From NCBI RefSeq assembly GCF_006345805.1, contig NC_043000.1, positions 20,398,001 through 20,462,000 on the forward strand: DNA of 64,000 bases. The letters run 5' to 3'. Positions 1 to 13,704 of the stretch are shown one piece after another. Source of the DNA: Octopus sinensis. Lineage: Eukaryota. Under the pieces are notes generated by a model. That model was not told where the DNA came from, made no database searches, and was given only the letters and a program-made list of their open reading frames with translations. How positions within the stretch are numbered: position 1 is the stretch's first letter; the number at the start of each line of letters is the position of its first letter. The position numbers and the translations under genes are program-made.

Positions 1-38
1 AGATATATAGATAGATAGATAGATTGATAGATAGATAG

Positions 39-83
<45 letters not shown>

Positions 84-222
84 TATATACATGTATATAT
101 ATTGTATATGTATATATATATATATATATTATATATCTATATATATATATATTGATATATATTTTTATATATATCTATATATATTGCCATAATAAATCTC
201 GTATAAACAGTAACTGCACGAC

Positions 223-762
223 AATGTGAGGTATACTTGCCATCTCAATATGGCTAACCACTAAGGGTGGGTGTTACTGTTGCTTGTAGCCCCAGGAGAA
301 CATCGTCTCCAGCTGGATTTAGGCACACTTTCTGTGCCCTTATGGTATTTGCAAAGGGAGGTCACCCTTCCTCGTCAACCTGAGTGATACGCACGGACTG
401 CAGTTTCTAGGTTTTGACCTGTCGTCAGCGTACGACAATCACCGGTTTTCGATGAAGTTTTTCGAAATCAGTGACGAAAAGTTACTGGAAAAACGGTATA
501 AGAATTTGCATTGGGACCTCCTTTCATTGAAAACCGGTGATTGTTGTACGCTGACGACAGGTCAAAACCTAGAAACTGCAGTCCGTGCGTATCACTTAGG
601 TTGACGAGGAAGGGTGACCTCCCTTTGCAAATACCATAAGGGAACAGAAAATGTGCCTAAATCCAAATCCAGCTGGAGACGATGTTCTCCTGGGGCTACA
701 AGCTACAGTAACACTCACCCTTAGTGGTTAGCCATATTGAGATGGCAAATATACCTCACATT
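223..762. mobile_element. Foldback/MITE-like element, ~235-bp inverted arms, ~66-bp spacer
   Basis: 223-456 (AATGTGAGGTATACTTGCC...TTTTCGATGAA) is the near-perfect reverse complement of 523-762; flanked by TA/GATA microsatellites. Confidence 0.85.
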
Positions 763-775
763 ATATACACATATA

Positions 776-812
<37 letters not shown>

Positions 813-815
813 GAT

Positions 816-889
<74 letters not shown>

Positions 890-1737
890 CACATATATAT
901 ATTAGGGTTATGACTTGTTCACAACATAATAACCCTATACTTTAATTCGATGAATAATTTTATAAAATTTAGGAAACTAACATTTATTTTGCTTTATTTG
1001 AAAAAACGTCACCTCCAACTTAAGGAATCGATCACCACGTTTGACCCAAATCATGTAAAATTCTAGTGGGGTTCATAATGCCTGCTCAATTTTTTTGCGA
1101 AACTCAGTGTGCTGATTCAATGTAATGCAGAAATAGTATATCTGAAATTTCAGCTTTCTAGTTGAAGTAGTTTCGGAGTTACGAGCTTTTTTTAAACTAA
1201 AACCATTAGGCGACACTAGATTCACACTTCAGTATTTCCGCTGCCTAAATCCTTGTAAACACCAGAGAGATGTGGAACAAAAATGTATTTATACATTTTT
1301 CAAGTCTACTGAATTGAAATTACTCTTAGCAAACGTTCAAAACCAGGCTATTTTAAGACAGAAGCCACTACAAGCATTCGATAACATACAAAATTAAAAA
1401 CAATACATATTTTACACTTAATTTTAATTCCAATTTTAAATAACTGTATAAGGAAAAGGGTGCTGAATGTTAGCAAATTTTTAAACATAATAAAGAATTA
1501 ATAGGTTTTGTTAGATAAAATAAATCGAAGCTGAAGGCTAGGGATTCGTTCTGAAAAGAACTTTCTTCCTTCCTGTCACCCGATCTCAAAAGCCTTGGTA
1601 AGTATTTTATACGTTATCCTCCCTTCTCTGATTAAGCGATAAAAAGAATTCTTAGTACTGTCCTGATTTGAACCAGAAGTCAGGACTTCGTGAACAACTA
1701 ACATTCGTACTCACGTGTGTGTAATAACTCAGACATA

Positions 1738-2544
1738 TTATAGTATGGCCTTTCTGCGGGTAGACGATGACCACAATGCCCTTGGTGGGGGAGAAGACGG
1801 GTGTTTCCCCTCTGCAACGGACTGCCGTTTGGTCTCTGGCTGAAAGTGGTGAACCCAACATTCATCTTGGGTGAGGAAGCGTTCAAGAAAACCTGCTGGA
1901 TTAGCTTCAAAAAGTGCCAAGTTCGCCTGCGATATGACCTGCCTGGTGTACTTTTGATCAGGCGTCAAATGTCGTGGCACCCACCGAATGGAAACCTTTG
2001 GCGTGCTAAGTTCGTTATGCAGAATGTTCTCTACTCGTTCACGGGAGATGCCTATAGCATTAGCTATCTGATTAACATTTAAACGTCTGTCATTCATCAC
2101 CATGTGGTGAACACGGTCAATGTTTTCTTGAGTGGTGGCTATGGCAGGACGTCCGAGCCTGGGGTTATCTTTGAGATTCTCCCTACTCCTCTTGAATTCA
2201 GCTGCCCACTTTTGCACAGTTGATAAAACTGGAACATAATCCCCTAATGTAGCAACCATGTCAGCAAGAATTTCCTTGGGGGTAAACCCCTTTTTCTGCA
2301 AATTTTTCTGTAGTTTCAACTCAAAGCTGCGGCCATTCTGATAACACCACGGGGCCAAATTTTATCCATTTTCACGAAATGTCTCTTGTACCACTTTTCC
2401 AAGTCCTCAATTCTGTATCCAACGTGGATTTATCTGGAAAGAAAATGCAGTTAGCATCAGTAAAAATTGAATTTAATGCTCGCCGAGTTTAATTACTGTA
2501 TGATGACTCCTTAGTCAGCTTATGAACTTTTCAATCCACCCTCG
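1738..2544 (-). mobile_element. Mariner transposon 5' part with decayed transposase
   Basis: TIR-like CGAGGGTGGATTGAAAAGTTC ending at 2544; ATG at 2369 (MDKIW); HTH region WAAEFKR...GRP, WVPR motif, first catalytic Asp in FLTQDECWVH; truncated after KGIV..PQKGHTI. Confidence 0.9.
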
Positions 2545-2548
2545 TGCG

Positions 2549-2973
2549 TACGTACATACATACATACATACATACATACATACATACATACATACATAAT
2601 ACATACATACATACATACATACATACATACATACATACATACATACATACATACATACATACATACATACATACATACATGCATACATACATGCATACAT
2701 ACATACATGCATGCATACATACATACATACATAAATACATACATACATACATACATACATACATACATACATACATACATACATACGTACGTACATACAT
2801 ACATATATACATACATACATAAATACATACATACATACATACATGCATACATACATACATGCATACATACATACATACATACATACATGCATGCATGCAT
2901 ACATACATACATACATACATACATACATACATACATACATACACATACATACATACATACATACATACATACA

Positions 2974-3003
<30 letters not shown>
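2549..3003. repeat. (TACA)n microsatellite abutting the mariner TIR
   Basis: Direct reading. Confidence 0.97.
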
Positions 3004-3005
<2 letters not shown>

Positions 3006-3727
3006 AGCTGGCTGTCAACTTGTAGACGAGTGCAACCATTACTGACAAATCTTATCTTAAGTGTTACAGACAATGGCCGCCAGCAATGCCCGTGCCGAAA
3101 TTTAAAGTCAATAACAGTTGGCACAACACTGCTAAGACTCTCTCATACAAAACCAAGTAGTCCAGTAACGAGTACGAGCAAGACTTTTGGCTTGTGTCTA
3201 AACAAAGACAAAGGTTCTCTCACGCACAGCTTTTTAGGTTGCAGTTGACTCAACTGAGTTAACGTGTCCTTTAACAGGTTTTGTTTTTCGTTCTGCAAAG
3301 TGTCCAATGAAATCACCCTCCAAAATTTAAGTTTGGACGCGCAGTAAAATCAAGTCGAGAAGACTTCCTATGCAAGCCTTTATTAACACGTGTCAGTATC
3401 CTTTAACTAAAAAAAAAGTATAGGAGAAAGGCATTCGTAATAGCATTATAAGCAAAATAACCGGAACTTATTACAACAAGCAGTTGGAATAGTGTATGAT
3501 CTTCTTGCTAGCGCTTGTCACGAGATATTTAACTGGATATAGTTAAATAGCCACTGTTGCCAATATTGTGTGGCATAAGTATGGTACAAGCGTATGCCGC
3601 CATAATTCATTGATATACTAATGTCTAATTAATGAGACGGCTATCATGTGAGAAGATGAAGCAATCACCATATATATATATGTACGTACATACATTCATA
3701 CATACACACATACATACATACATACAT

Positions 3728-3773
<46 letters not shown>

Positions 3774-3777
3774 ATAT

Positions 3778-3841
<64 letters not shown>

Positions 3842-3885
3842 ATATATATATACATATATCAATGCATGTGTATATATGTGTGTAT

Positions 3886-3923
<38 letters not shown>

Positions 3924-4354
3924 CGATTTGAATGTATACGATTATATTCTATCTACTATTTATGCATGTGAACTGCGAAGATTAGTGGTTAGCAAATATT
4001 GGCTAAAGATTGTACATAGAAGTCTTCTTCTTCACTTTGAGATCATTTGCATCGACCTAGTTTCGCCGATGTTATCAATCTACCATATATCCATCCAGCG
4101 TTATTATGCATAAATCGTTATCGGTTACAACCGAGTTCCGAAAGCGGGAGCTAAATATAAAATCTTATCCGTTAGTTTCACCATTTCAACTGAGAGAAGG
4201 AAATATGACCATTTGTACTTACATCCATACATATCCTTTGCCTGTATATTAACTCCTGGCTTAGAACAGAACGGGAATAGGATGGTGTATTAGAGCCAGC
4301 CGTATTCATCCAGAGATGAGTACGGCTTGGTAATATGAACCATGCTTTCGCTAG

Positions 4355-4965
<611 letters not shown>

Positions 4966-5019
4966 GATTGTTTTTGATACCTACGTAGACGCAAGCAGAC
5001 ATAAAGTCTCTCGACTTCC

Positions 5020-5240
5020 CCACCATTTGATCCAGCGGCACAACCAGAATGCATCAGCTTGAGGAGGATAGATTTGAACCAGTTTTCGGCTGATAATGAT
5101 TTTCAGCTGTATAGATTGGGTGGGGGGCAACGTGAAAGTATGTGCTTTGTTAAAGGACAAAACGCGCTACCCGGTCCAGGATTTGAACCTACGATATTAC
5201 GACCACGAGCAGCCGAACACCCGAACCACTACGCCATGTA
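5020..5240 (-). mobile_element. Degenerate tRNA-headed SINE
   Basis: Minus strand has TAGTGGTTCGG (box A) and GGTTCAAATCC (box B) followed by a CORE-like segment. Confidence 0.55.
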
Positions 5241-6080
5241 CCTATACCGGGTAGGTATAGCAACGTTCATGAAGTGAAATAGTTTAATCAGCAATTCGGA
5301 GAAGTGGCGGATTCAGATCGCCAATTTAATATAATATGTGTGAATGGGTTGTCATCCATAATGAAAGAAAAATGGAAAACGCAGACGATGTTCTCTTCTG
5401 TACATGCAGAAAATTTCTGAGAAAAGAGACTTAGTGCATTAACTTTGTTGATTCGGATCTGATTTCAAGCTCTAGTGCCTTGCAATGCCTTCATAGTTTA
5501 CGGTTTTGTGACTACAACCATGCATAAATGAGCATTTGGAAATCATTGACAAATAGGAACAGAACTGCAAAATAAAAGTGTTGAAGACTGGGTTATTTTG
5601 CATTAACATCTTTGTCTTTCTCTCTGTCGTGTCCTCTCTACATTCTTGGTATGTTTTTACGATACTAAATGTCTAACGAACAAAGACAATTATGTAAATA
5701 TTGATTTCTTACAAAGGCCCAACGAATTGTTAGGCGGATAAGACTACGAAGATAAAACGCGCGTGCTTACACTCACGAAGACATTTATGAATCAACTGAC
5801 CGAATATACGCCATCTTGTAATTTGTTAGCTGCGAAATGCTGTGTCCTTTTGCAATGGCATCCGTTCTAACAGAAAATGAGAAGTTCACTCCAGTGTTGT
5901 CAGTAACAGGAGTAATGAACAATAATAATAGTTGAAGGCTTCGATAATTTGTTGTCAATTGGAGTAATCTGTTAGAAACCACTTCACTGTATATTCAATC
6001 ATTCTTCCTCGATGGTGTCTCAAAGAAATAATTGATTGCAAAATATATACCGATTTTACGTATGTCCGTCAATAATTGCA

Positions 6081-6128
<48 letters not shown>

Positions 6129-6654
6129 GAGAGAAAGAGAGAATTAGACATACATATATACATAAGTGTGTGTGTGTGTGTGTTTCTATGTGTATTTTTA
6201 ATAAAAGAATGACAAAGGAACATTTGCTAGTGGCGTTATTCAGTACTGAGAGTAGAATCAAATGTTCTGTGAAGACATGGTTGATAGAGTTTCGAATTTC
6301 GTCAATCGACTTACTACAAAGCTTCAGCTGGTGTTCCAGTAAACTTGATCTTCTCAGACGGAAGATAAATAGGTATCATATTAACATCATATATATATAT
6401 ATATTATATATGCTAATCATCATCATTATCATCATAGCTGTTTTAATAGGTCTATCGTTCATTTTTCCGCGCTTACAAAGGTACAGTCACTCACTCTCAC
6501 AAATTTCTCAAATTTCTCGTCTATGACCGGAAACGGTTTCACAAAAGAACGGAAATGAATGACACCACGTGTATGGCGGTGATACTCGTTTACAACTATC
6601 AAGTGATGGCAACAAACTTACACACAGACGCACACACACACATACACACATAAT

Positions 6655-6827
6655 CGGCGCAGGACTGTCTGTGTAGTAACTAGTTTGCTTGCCAATCACC
6701 TGGTTCCAGGTTCAGTCACACTGCGTAGCACCTTCATCAAGTGTCTTCTACTATAACATCAGGCCGACCAATGCCTTGTGAGTGGATTTTGTAGGCGGAA
6801 ACTGAAAGAAGCCCGTCATATATATAT

Positions 6828-6862
<35 letters not shown>

Positions 6863-7205
6863 GCATGTATATATGTGTATGTATATATATATGTATGTAT
6901 ACATATATATATATGTATACATATACATATATACGAGCTGGCAGAAACGTTAGCACGCCGGGCGAAATGCGTAGCCGTATTTCGTCTGTCGTTATGTTCT
7001 GAGTTCAAATTCCGCCGAGGTCGACTTTGCCTTTCATCCTTTCGTGGTCGATAAATTAAGTACCAGTTTCGCACTGGGGTCGATGTAATCGACTTAATCC
7101 CTTTGTCTGTCTTTGTTTGTCCCCTCTATGTTTAGCCCCTTGTGGGTAGTAAAGAAATATATATGTATGTATGTATGTATGTATGGATGGATGGATGGAT
7201 GAATG

Positions 7206-7256
<51 letters not shown>

Positions 7257-7450
7257 GTTTGTGTGTCTGTTTGTCCTCAAACCATCGCTTGACAACCGAT
7301 GCTGGTGTGTTTACGTCCCCGTAACCAAGCAGTTACCAATAGAATAAGGACTAGGCTTACAAAGAATAAGTCCTGAGGTTGATTTCCTCGACTAACGGCG
7401 GTGCTCCAGCATGGCCGCAGTCAAATGACTGAAACATGTAAAAGAATAAA
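6655..7450 (+). mobile_element. Family B SINE with a family A SINE (6934-7158) nested in its internal microsatellite
   Basis: B head and CORE, (TA)n, A-type SINE, (TA)n, then B 3' half. Confidence 0.85.
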
Positions 7451-7464
7451 AGAATATATATTCT

Positions 7465-7683
7465 TTTAGCCTTTTGTTTCAGCTATTTGACTGCGGCCAT
7501 GCTGGAGCACCGCCTTTATAGTCGAACAAATCGACCCCAGAGATTATTTTTTGTAAGCCTAGTACTTATTCTATTGGTCACTTTTACCGAAATGCTAAGT
7601 TACAGGACGTAAACACCCCAGTATAGGCTGTCAAGCGGTGCTGGGGGAACAAACAGACACATAAACATATGCACACACATACT

Positions 7684-7750
<67 letters not shown>

Positions 7751-7937
7751 TGTCGTATATATATATATGTCGTATATATATATATGCTTCTACTATAGCC
7801 CTGGTTTGACCAAAGCCTTGTGTGTGGATTTGGTAGATGAAACTGAGAGAAACTCGTCATAAATATATATACACACACACACACATATATTTATGTATAA
7901 ATTATATATATACATATTTATATATACACATACATAT

Positions 7938-7984
<47 letters not shown>

Positions 7985-8005
7985 CATATATATATATATA
8001 TGTTC

Positions 8006-8041
<36 letters not shown>

Positions 8042-8275
8042 ATATGTATGTGTATATATAAATATGTATATATATATAAATTTATACATAAATATATCTG
8101 TTTGTGTGAGTGTATATATATTTATGACGAGTTTCTTTCAGTTTCATCTACCAAATCCACACACAAGGCTTTGGTCAAACCAGGGCTATAGTAGAAACAC
8201 TTGTCCAACGTTACACGCAGTCGGACTGAACACAGAACTACGTGTTTATGAAGAACTTCCTGACAATACAGCCAT
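7465..8275 (-). mobile_element. Family B SINE containing an internal inverted duplication
   Basis: B tail at 7465, head at ~8270; 7788-7965 is an inverted copy of 8020-8196. Confidence 0.75.
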
Positions 8276-8662
8276 ACCTATGCATATATTATATGTGTTA
8301 TTATATATACGAAGCATAATAATATATATATATATATACATACAATGCATATATATACATATATAGTTCGTATTGAGAGATAGAGCATAGTAATTCATGA
8401 AGCAGAAGATTTCAAAGATTTTGTTTTGTAGCATATAATTCAATATATTATCGCTAATGATATTTGTGTAGCGTTACAAACCATATAGCACCATGTTGAT
8501 CTAATATTCACTGTATCTCAGAGAAAAAAACACTCAGAGAATACAGAAACAAAGATACGAGATGCATAGATTCAATAAGAGTGATTGGTAGAAATAGAAT
8601 TGGGAAAAGAGCGAAAGGACAAAGAATGGTGAATGAAAAAGAGAATGAGAAAGAGAGAGAGG

Positions 8663-8710
<48 letters not shown>

Positions 8711-8908
8711 GCTGGACGTAAACATAAAAAAATCTGTGTATGCTCACAAAATTCTTTGAGTAGATTTTCATGGAACTTCAGTTTGGTGTAGCTAACTCTT
8801 CTACACCAAACTCTTATTCACTTTTCTAACTCGGTATATCATACATACATATGATATACCGAGTTAGAAAAGAGAATAAGAGTTTATATATATAATATAA
8901 TATAATGT

Positions 8909-8965
<57 letters not shown>

Positions 8966-9346
8966 TAAAGTTTTTTTGTTTATTGTAGAGGCAGTAGTTA
9001 GAAGTGCTCAGATAAAAAAAACCCGAGACGTAAAGGTATAAAAAAAAATGTTTAGGAGAATTTCAGATGGGTTCAACAAATTACATAAACATATATTCTG
9101 CCGTGGATCGATGTATATCAGTTTCTAATTATACCAATGTATCAGTCATTAAAATGTTAAAACATGTTTAAAAATCTATGAATACATAAATATATAAAAA
9201 TTTAATATACATATATAAATAGATGAGTGAAATTGGGTTATAAAAGTGTAGATGTAAAAAAATATAGATGTATAAAAATATATTTAGATACGTTATATAT
9301 TTGTTGTGCAAGATTTTTTATGTGAAGTCGTGTGTTGAATCAGATA

Positions 9347-9599
9347 TTGTTATATTTCGGAATGGTCATTTTGCCAGTTTAGCCAATAAAAAATGGTTAG
9401 TAAAGAGAGACACAAATAAGAAAGAAGAAAACAAAGGACCACTGATGCGGTCACAGGAGTGTGACGAAAGAACTCTGGCCGAAATAAGATTAAGATTAAC
9501 GTAAAAAATAAATAACACTGAAGCAAAATAACACCAAATATATAGTGCGTGTGTTTTTATTAGCTAAACTGGCAAAATGACCATTCCGAAATATAACAA
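9347..9599. mobile_element. Tc1/mariner-type MITE, ~46-bp TIRs, TA TSD
   Basis: TA|TTGTTATATTTCGGAATGGTCATTTTGCCAGTTTAGC ... GCTAAACTGGCAAAATGACCATTCCGAAATATAACAA|TA. Confidence 0.85.
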
Positions 9600-9813
9600 T
9601 ATATTTAGAATTACAGTCTTAATAAAAGGCATTGTAGAACGGCGTTGTAAAAATAATTTAAGAATAGAATATACTCTTACAAAAAGGTGAATAAAATCTT
9701 CTGAAGAGCAAATAAATAAACAGCGTAACGTTGAGATTGGATTTTTCAAACAACATGTGTACATAATCCATAAGAATAAGTAATCCTGTTTAGATAAACT
9801 GTTGGTGGTAATC

Positions 9814-9903
9814 CCCTTATAGTCGTTTCAGGGGCACAGTAATCCATAGATTTTAAGGGTGCTTTCATTCCAATAATTTAATACTGCCTCCTTCATCAGA
9901 GAG
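9814..9903 (-). ncRNA. Degenerate type I hammerhead ribozyme motif
   Basis: ctct-CTGATGA-AGGAGGCAGTA...TACTGTGCCCCT-GAAAC-GACT-ATA-aggg; the GTA cleavage triplet appears mutated to ATA. Confidence 0.55.
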
Positions 9904-9944
9904 TGTATTATTCAAGATTCACATTTCGTGCAAATTAATTTTAA

Positions 9945-11245
9945 CTAACCACAAGGGTCTTACACAGAGGGGACAGTACAATGGCGAACAAAACATAGAA
10001 GTGGGGGAAATAAACAAACGGATGAAAAAGAAATGAAAAAAATTAATGAAAGATGGAATGACGGCCACTCGAACCCCACACTCCGAACGACTTCATTGAG
10101 CGCTTTTATAGTCTATTTTGGATGAGACAGTTCTCATTTGAACCGTTTAAACAAATCATGTGACCTTACCATATATTTTAGTCTAACTGTGTCCACTTCT
10201 TCCTCCAAATCACAGTCTTCCTTCCCAAACACCTCTCTGAGATCTTGAATGCGCTCACTATCAACGAGCACCCCACCCCATATGACATAGTAATCCCCAG
10301 AAATGTCAATCTTTATCTGGTTGTTTATATTTTTAAGCTTTTTCACTAAGACCTTGTTCTTTTTATTATATACCACAAAGGCTTTTGGTGGGTGTGCTGT
10401 TCATGTGTGCTGCTTGCTTTTTTGTAGGGACAAGGGCAGCGTTTGGTGGGGAATGTCGAGGACTGATGTCTGCAGGGGTAGGATAAGTTGGGGGTAGGAC
10501 GGGAACGGGTGTGCATTCTCTTCTGCCGCTTTCTATTTTTATTCTTGTTAACCGCTGTCCACTCCTCCGTTATTTCATCTTGTTCCCTCGGTTCGTGTAT
10601 TCCTTCTGACTTCGACGCTTCAATGGGTGGAAGTGTGGTCTCCATCGGTGTAGTCATTGCAATTTTTACAGGGGAGCGGAGAGCACTCAACTCTTATGTG
10701 GCCTTTCTAGCCATACTTGAAGCACCTAAGCTTCCTGTCCTCCACCATTACCCTCAGTTTCCTATCACCCACCACTATGGTGTCCGTGATAGCATCTAGG
10801 TCTTCTTGGGGGGGAGGTAGCCTGGATAGCCATTTCAAGGCCTTGCCCCCCGCCAGTTCCTTTCTGGTATTCTTACGGCCTGGAGGATCATCACCTTCTC
10901 CTCCAGGCCCAACACTATCGCCGCCGCTAACCAGGCAACATCCACCTCTGGTGGTAGCTCCTCCACCCTCAACCTGGAAGCCCGTCTTCTAAGGTAGGAG
11001 AGTAGGAGGATGATATTGTCCGAAGACAATGAGGCCACGGAGTGTTGCCTGCTCTTTTCCTCTGATGAGAATCTCACCTCCACTGTGGCATATTTGGCAC
11101 CCCTGGCCAGGTAAGTTATTTCCAGCCAGATTGGTGTCAAACACTTCTCGATATATTTTCCTCTCCGCAATCTCTCTAGATGAGATTTAGTTATATAGGA
11201 AGGTGCAATTGTCAACAGGAATAGGAAATTCTATAACAGGATTAT
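9945..11245 (-). pseudogene. Non-LTR retrotransposon ORF1 (L1/Tx1-like, RRM-like region plus CCHC knuckle) followed directly by a 3' tail; no ORF2
   Basis: VEVRF...YLRRRASRLRVEELPPEV...; after frameshifts VEDRKLRCFKYG*KGHIRVEC (decayed CX2CX4HX4C); basic C-terminal region; then TGTCCCCTCTGTGTAAGACCCTTGTGG tail. Confidence 0.7.
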
Positions 11246-11299
11246 TGGGAAACGCAAGTTAGAAAATGTTATAAACGTTAATCAGGTAATAAGTGATCG

Positions 11300-11800
11300 A
11301 TATGAAGTTACATGATTTCAGGAGTATAGAAATTAATAGAAATATAGATAATTAAAGATTTAATGGTTAATTTATCGTGGTTTATCAAAATATTTAAATG
11401 TTGAACGGTATCTATGTTTACAGGAAAATATAGCAATCGAGAACTTAGTTAATAATGTAGACTCATACCGACGAAGAATATACATGGACTCTCTAATGCA
11501 CAATTTATATACACGCGTAATTATATTGTATGGGGGTGCTCCTGCTATTAAAGATCAAGATAATGAGTATTGTATATTTTTTTAGTTTAAGTTCTTGTAT
11601 ATACGAACTGGCGTTGTAGAAGATTTGTATTCTACGTTAGTAAACGAGTTCAAATGGGCCCTATATCGAAGCTTTATGTCTACAGTATTTCCTAAATAAA
11701 CTCTTACCCTCTGTGTAGCAGGGATTTCCACAGAACACCTATATACTATGTTATTACGTAAACAGAATCCGGCTAGCGGACACGACACCTTTTTGTAAAA
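11300..11800 (-). pseudogene. Penelope-type GIY-YIG endonuclease, C-terminal fragment
   Basis: CPLAGFCLRNNIVYRC...VYLGNT..KLRYRAHLNSF; continues APPY...KLCIRE...CKH. Confidence 0.8.
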
Positions 11801-11818
11801 ACATATTTTATTCTTAAA

Positions 11819-12443
11819 CTAGCTGTATCGCCCGGCGTTGCTCGGGTTTGTTTCGACCCATTAGAATTGGAATTTTTGAAAAGGAAAACTTTTGCATTAT
11901 GTAGCTTGTTATTCTCTTTAAGTGAACATTTTTGGGGGCTGAAATACACCGAAAAATGGCGACACAGCAGTCAAAAAACCATAAAAAATAGGGATTTTCA
12001 TAGAAAAAAAAGCACCTTTTTTATGTAAATAATTTTTGGTGTTAACATGGTCCGATTTGAATTTTTTCTTCTACGGAAAGAAGAGCAAGCCTTCTTCTAT
12101 CATACTCTCAATTTTGGTCAACCTATGCCGCAGGGTCTCAGAGGAGATAGTGTTGGTTGAACGCTACTAAACTTGCCATACACAGACAACTTCGACTTTA
12201 TGTATGGCGACGAGCTGGCAGAAACGTTAGCGCGCCGGGCGAAATGCTTAGCAGTATTTCGTCTGTCGTTACGTTCTGAGTTCAAATTCCGCCGAAGTCG
12301 ACTTGCCTTTTATCCTCTCGGGGTCGATAAATAAAGTACCAGTTTCACACTGGGTCAATGTAAACGACTTAATCCGTTTGTCTGTCCTTGTTTGTCCCTC
12401 TATGTTTAGCCCCTTGTGGGTAGTAAAGAAATATATATATAGA
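11819..12443 (-). mobile_element. Non-autonomous Helitron with family A SINE (12206-12432) inserted near its 5' end
   Basis: Minus strand TC start, 3' CCCGAGCAACGCCGGG hairpin plus CTAG, A|T insertion site. Confidence 0.8.
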
Positions 12444-12730
12444 TAATTTTTACAACGCCTTTTAATACGACTGCAATTCTAAATATATTTTTTTACATCC
12501 ATACGTTTATGCCTCTACACTTTTATAACCTAATTTCATTCATCTATTTATATATGTATATTAAATTCTTATATATTTGATTATTCATAGATTTTTAATG
12601 TTTTAATATTTTAATGACTGATACAGTCGCATACTTAGAAATTGATATACATCGATCCACGGCAGAATATATGTTTATATAATTTGTTGAACCTAGCTGA
12701 AAGTCTATTTATCGTTTATATATATATATA

Positions 12731-12958
12731 GCGAACTGAGAAAAACATTGCAGATGTGCGTGCGACTGTGAGGGGGAATCGTCGAATTACCATCCGTGAG
12801 TTATCAGAGGATGTGCAGATTAGTTACGGTTCAGTTGAAGCCATTATCACTGAAGATTTGGGTATGAGACGCGTGTCTGCCAAGTATGTGCTAAAACTGC
12901 TTTCAGCTGACCAAAAGGGCACTCGAGTTTCAGTCGAACAAGAACTCCTTGATTGTGA
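12731..12958 (+). pseudogene. Mariner transposase HTH fragment
   Basis: NIADVRATVRGNRRITIRELSEDVQISYGSVEAIITEDLGMRRVSAKYVLKLLSADQK. Confidence 0.85.
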
Positions 12959-13613
12959 CGAGACGAGCGGACAGAAAGATAGAAAATATATTTTCGAAAC
13001 AGTGTTGTTATTCAGATTTCACATTTAAAACAATCTTAATAATTCGATTCAAAGCGCATAATACCTGAATATTTTTTAAAGAATAAGAAATTTCAATCGT
13101 GAAACGATGCCAAATAATTTATTTTGTATCTGTCATCTTATTTAAAAACCACATACCTTTCGGAAGATAATACAGATTGAAGCAATTCCTTTAGAAGGGC
13201 CGCGATCTCGCTTTTTCCAAACACAATAAGGAGAATGATAGGAAGACAAACGCGCATGTGGCTATTTCACGTTGCAATTACTTCAGCTCCAATACACCGT
13301 TTCAGACCTTGTCGCTTGTTATACAAGTAGAACTTTCGCGTGTGTGTGTGTGTGTGCACTTTATTAGATACAGAAATTATGGGTGAGCTACTGCAAGTTT
13401 CAGGCTCGGAAAGTAGTGTATTCGGCCACGTTTACATAAAATATACCGTGTACGATCCGCCAATCTGTGCCTTGTATGAGCGTGGCTAAAACTTAAAGTA
13501 GCTTACCCTTAATTTCTGTATTTATTAAATGCTATTTCTCTCTAACAAAATGGAATGTCTTCTTTAATGCTCTACAAGCGAATAATATACTGTATACATA
13601 CATACATAACATA

Positions 13614-13614
<1 letters not shown>

Positions 13615-13658
<44 letters not shown>

Positions 13659-13659
13659 G

Positions 13660-13704
<45 letters not shown>
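13615..13704. repeat. (ATT)n microsatellite
   Basis: Direct reading. Confidence 0.95.

Larger units (their letters stand above)
9060..12703 (-). mobile_element. Penelope-like element remnant with inverted terminal segments and nested insertions
   Basis: 9060-9654 (interrupted by a MITE) is an inverted copy of 12446-12703; GIY-YIG remnant at 11300-11800; degenerate hammerhead at 9814-9903. Confidence 0.6.

Noticed and set aside
2515-3248. MYVC/HTYI ORFs here and similar IYIY/CVCV ORFs across the window
   Set aside because: Stop-free frames of TACA, TA and TG microsatellites
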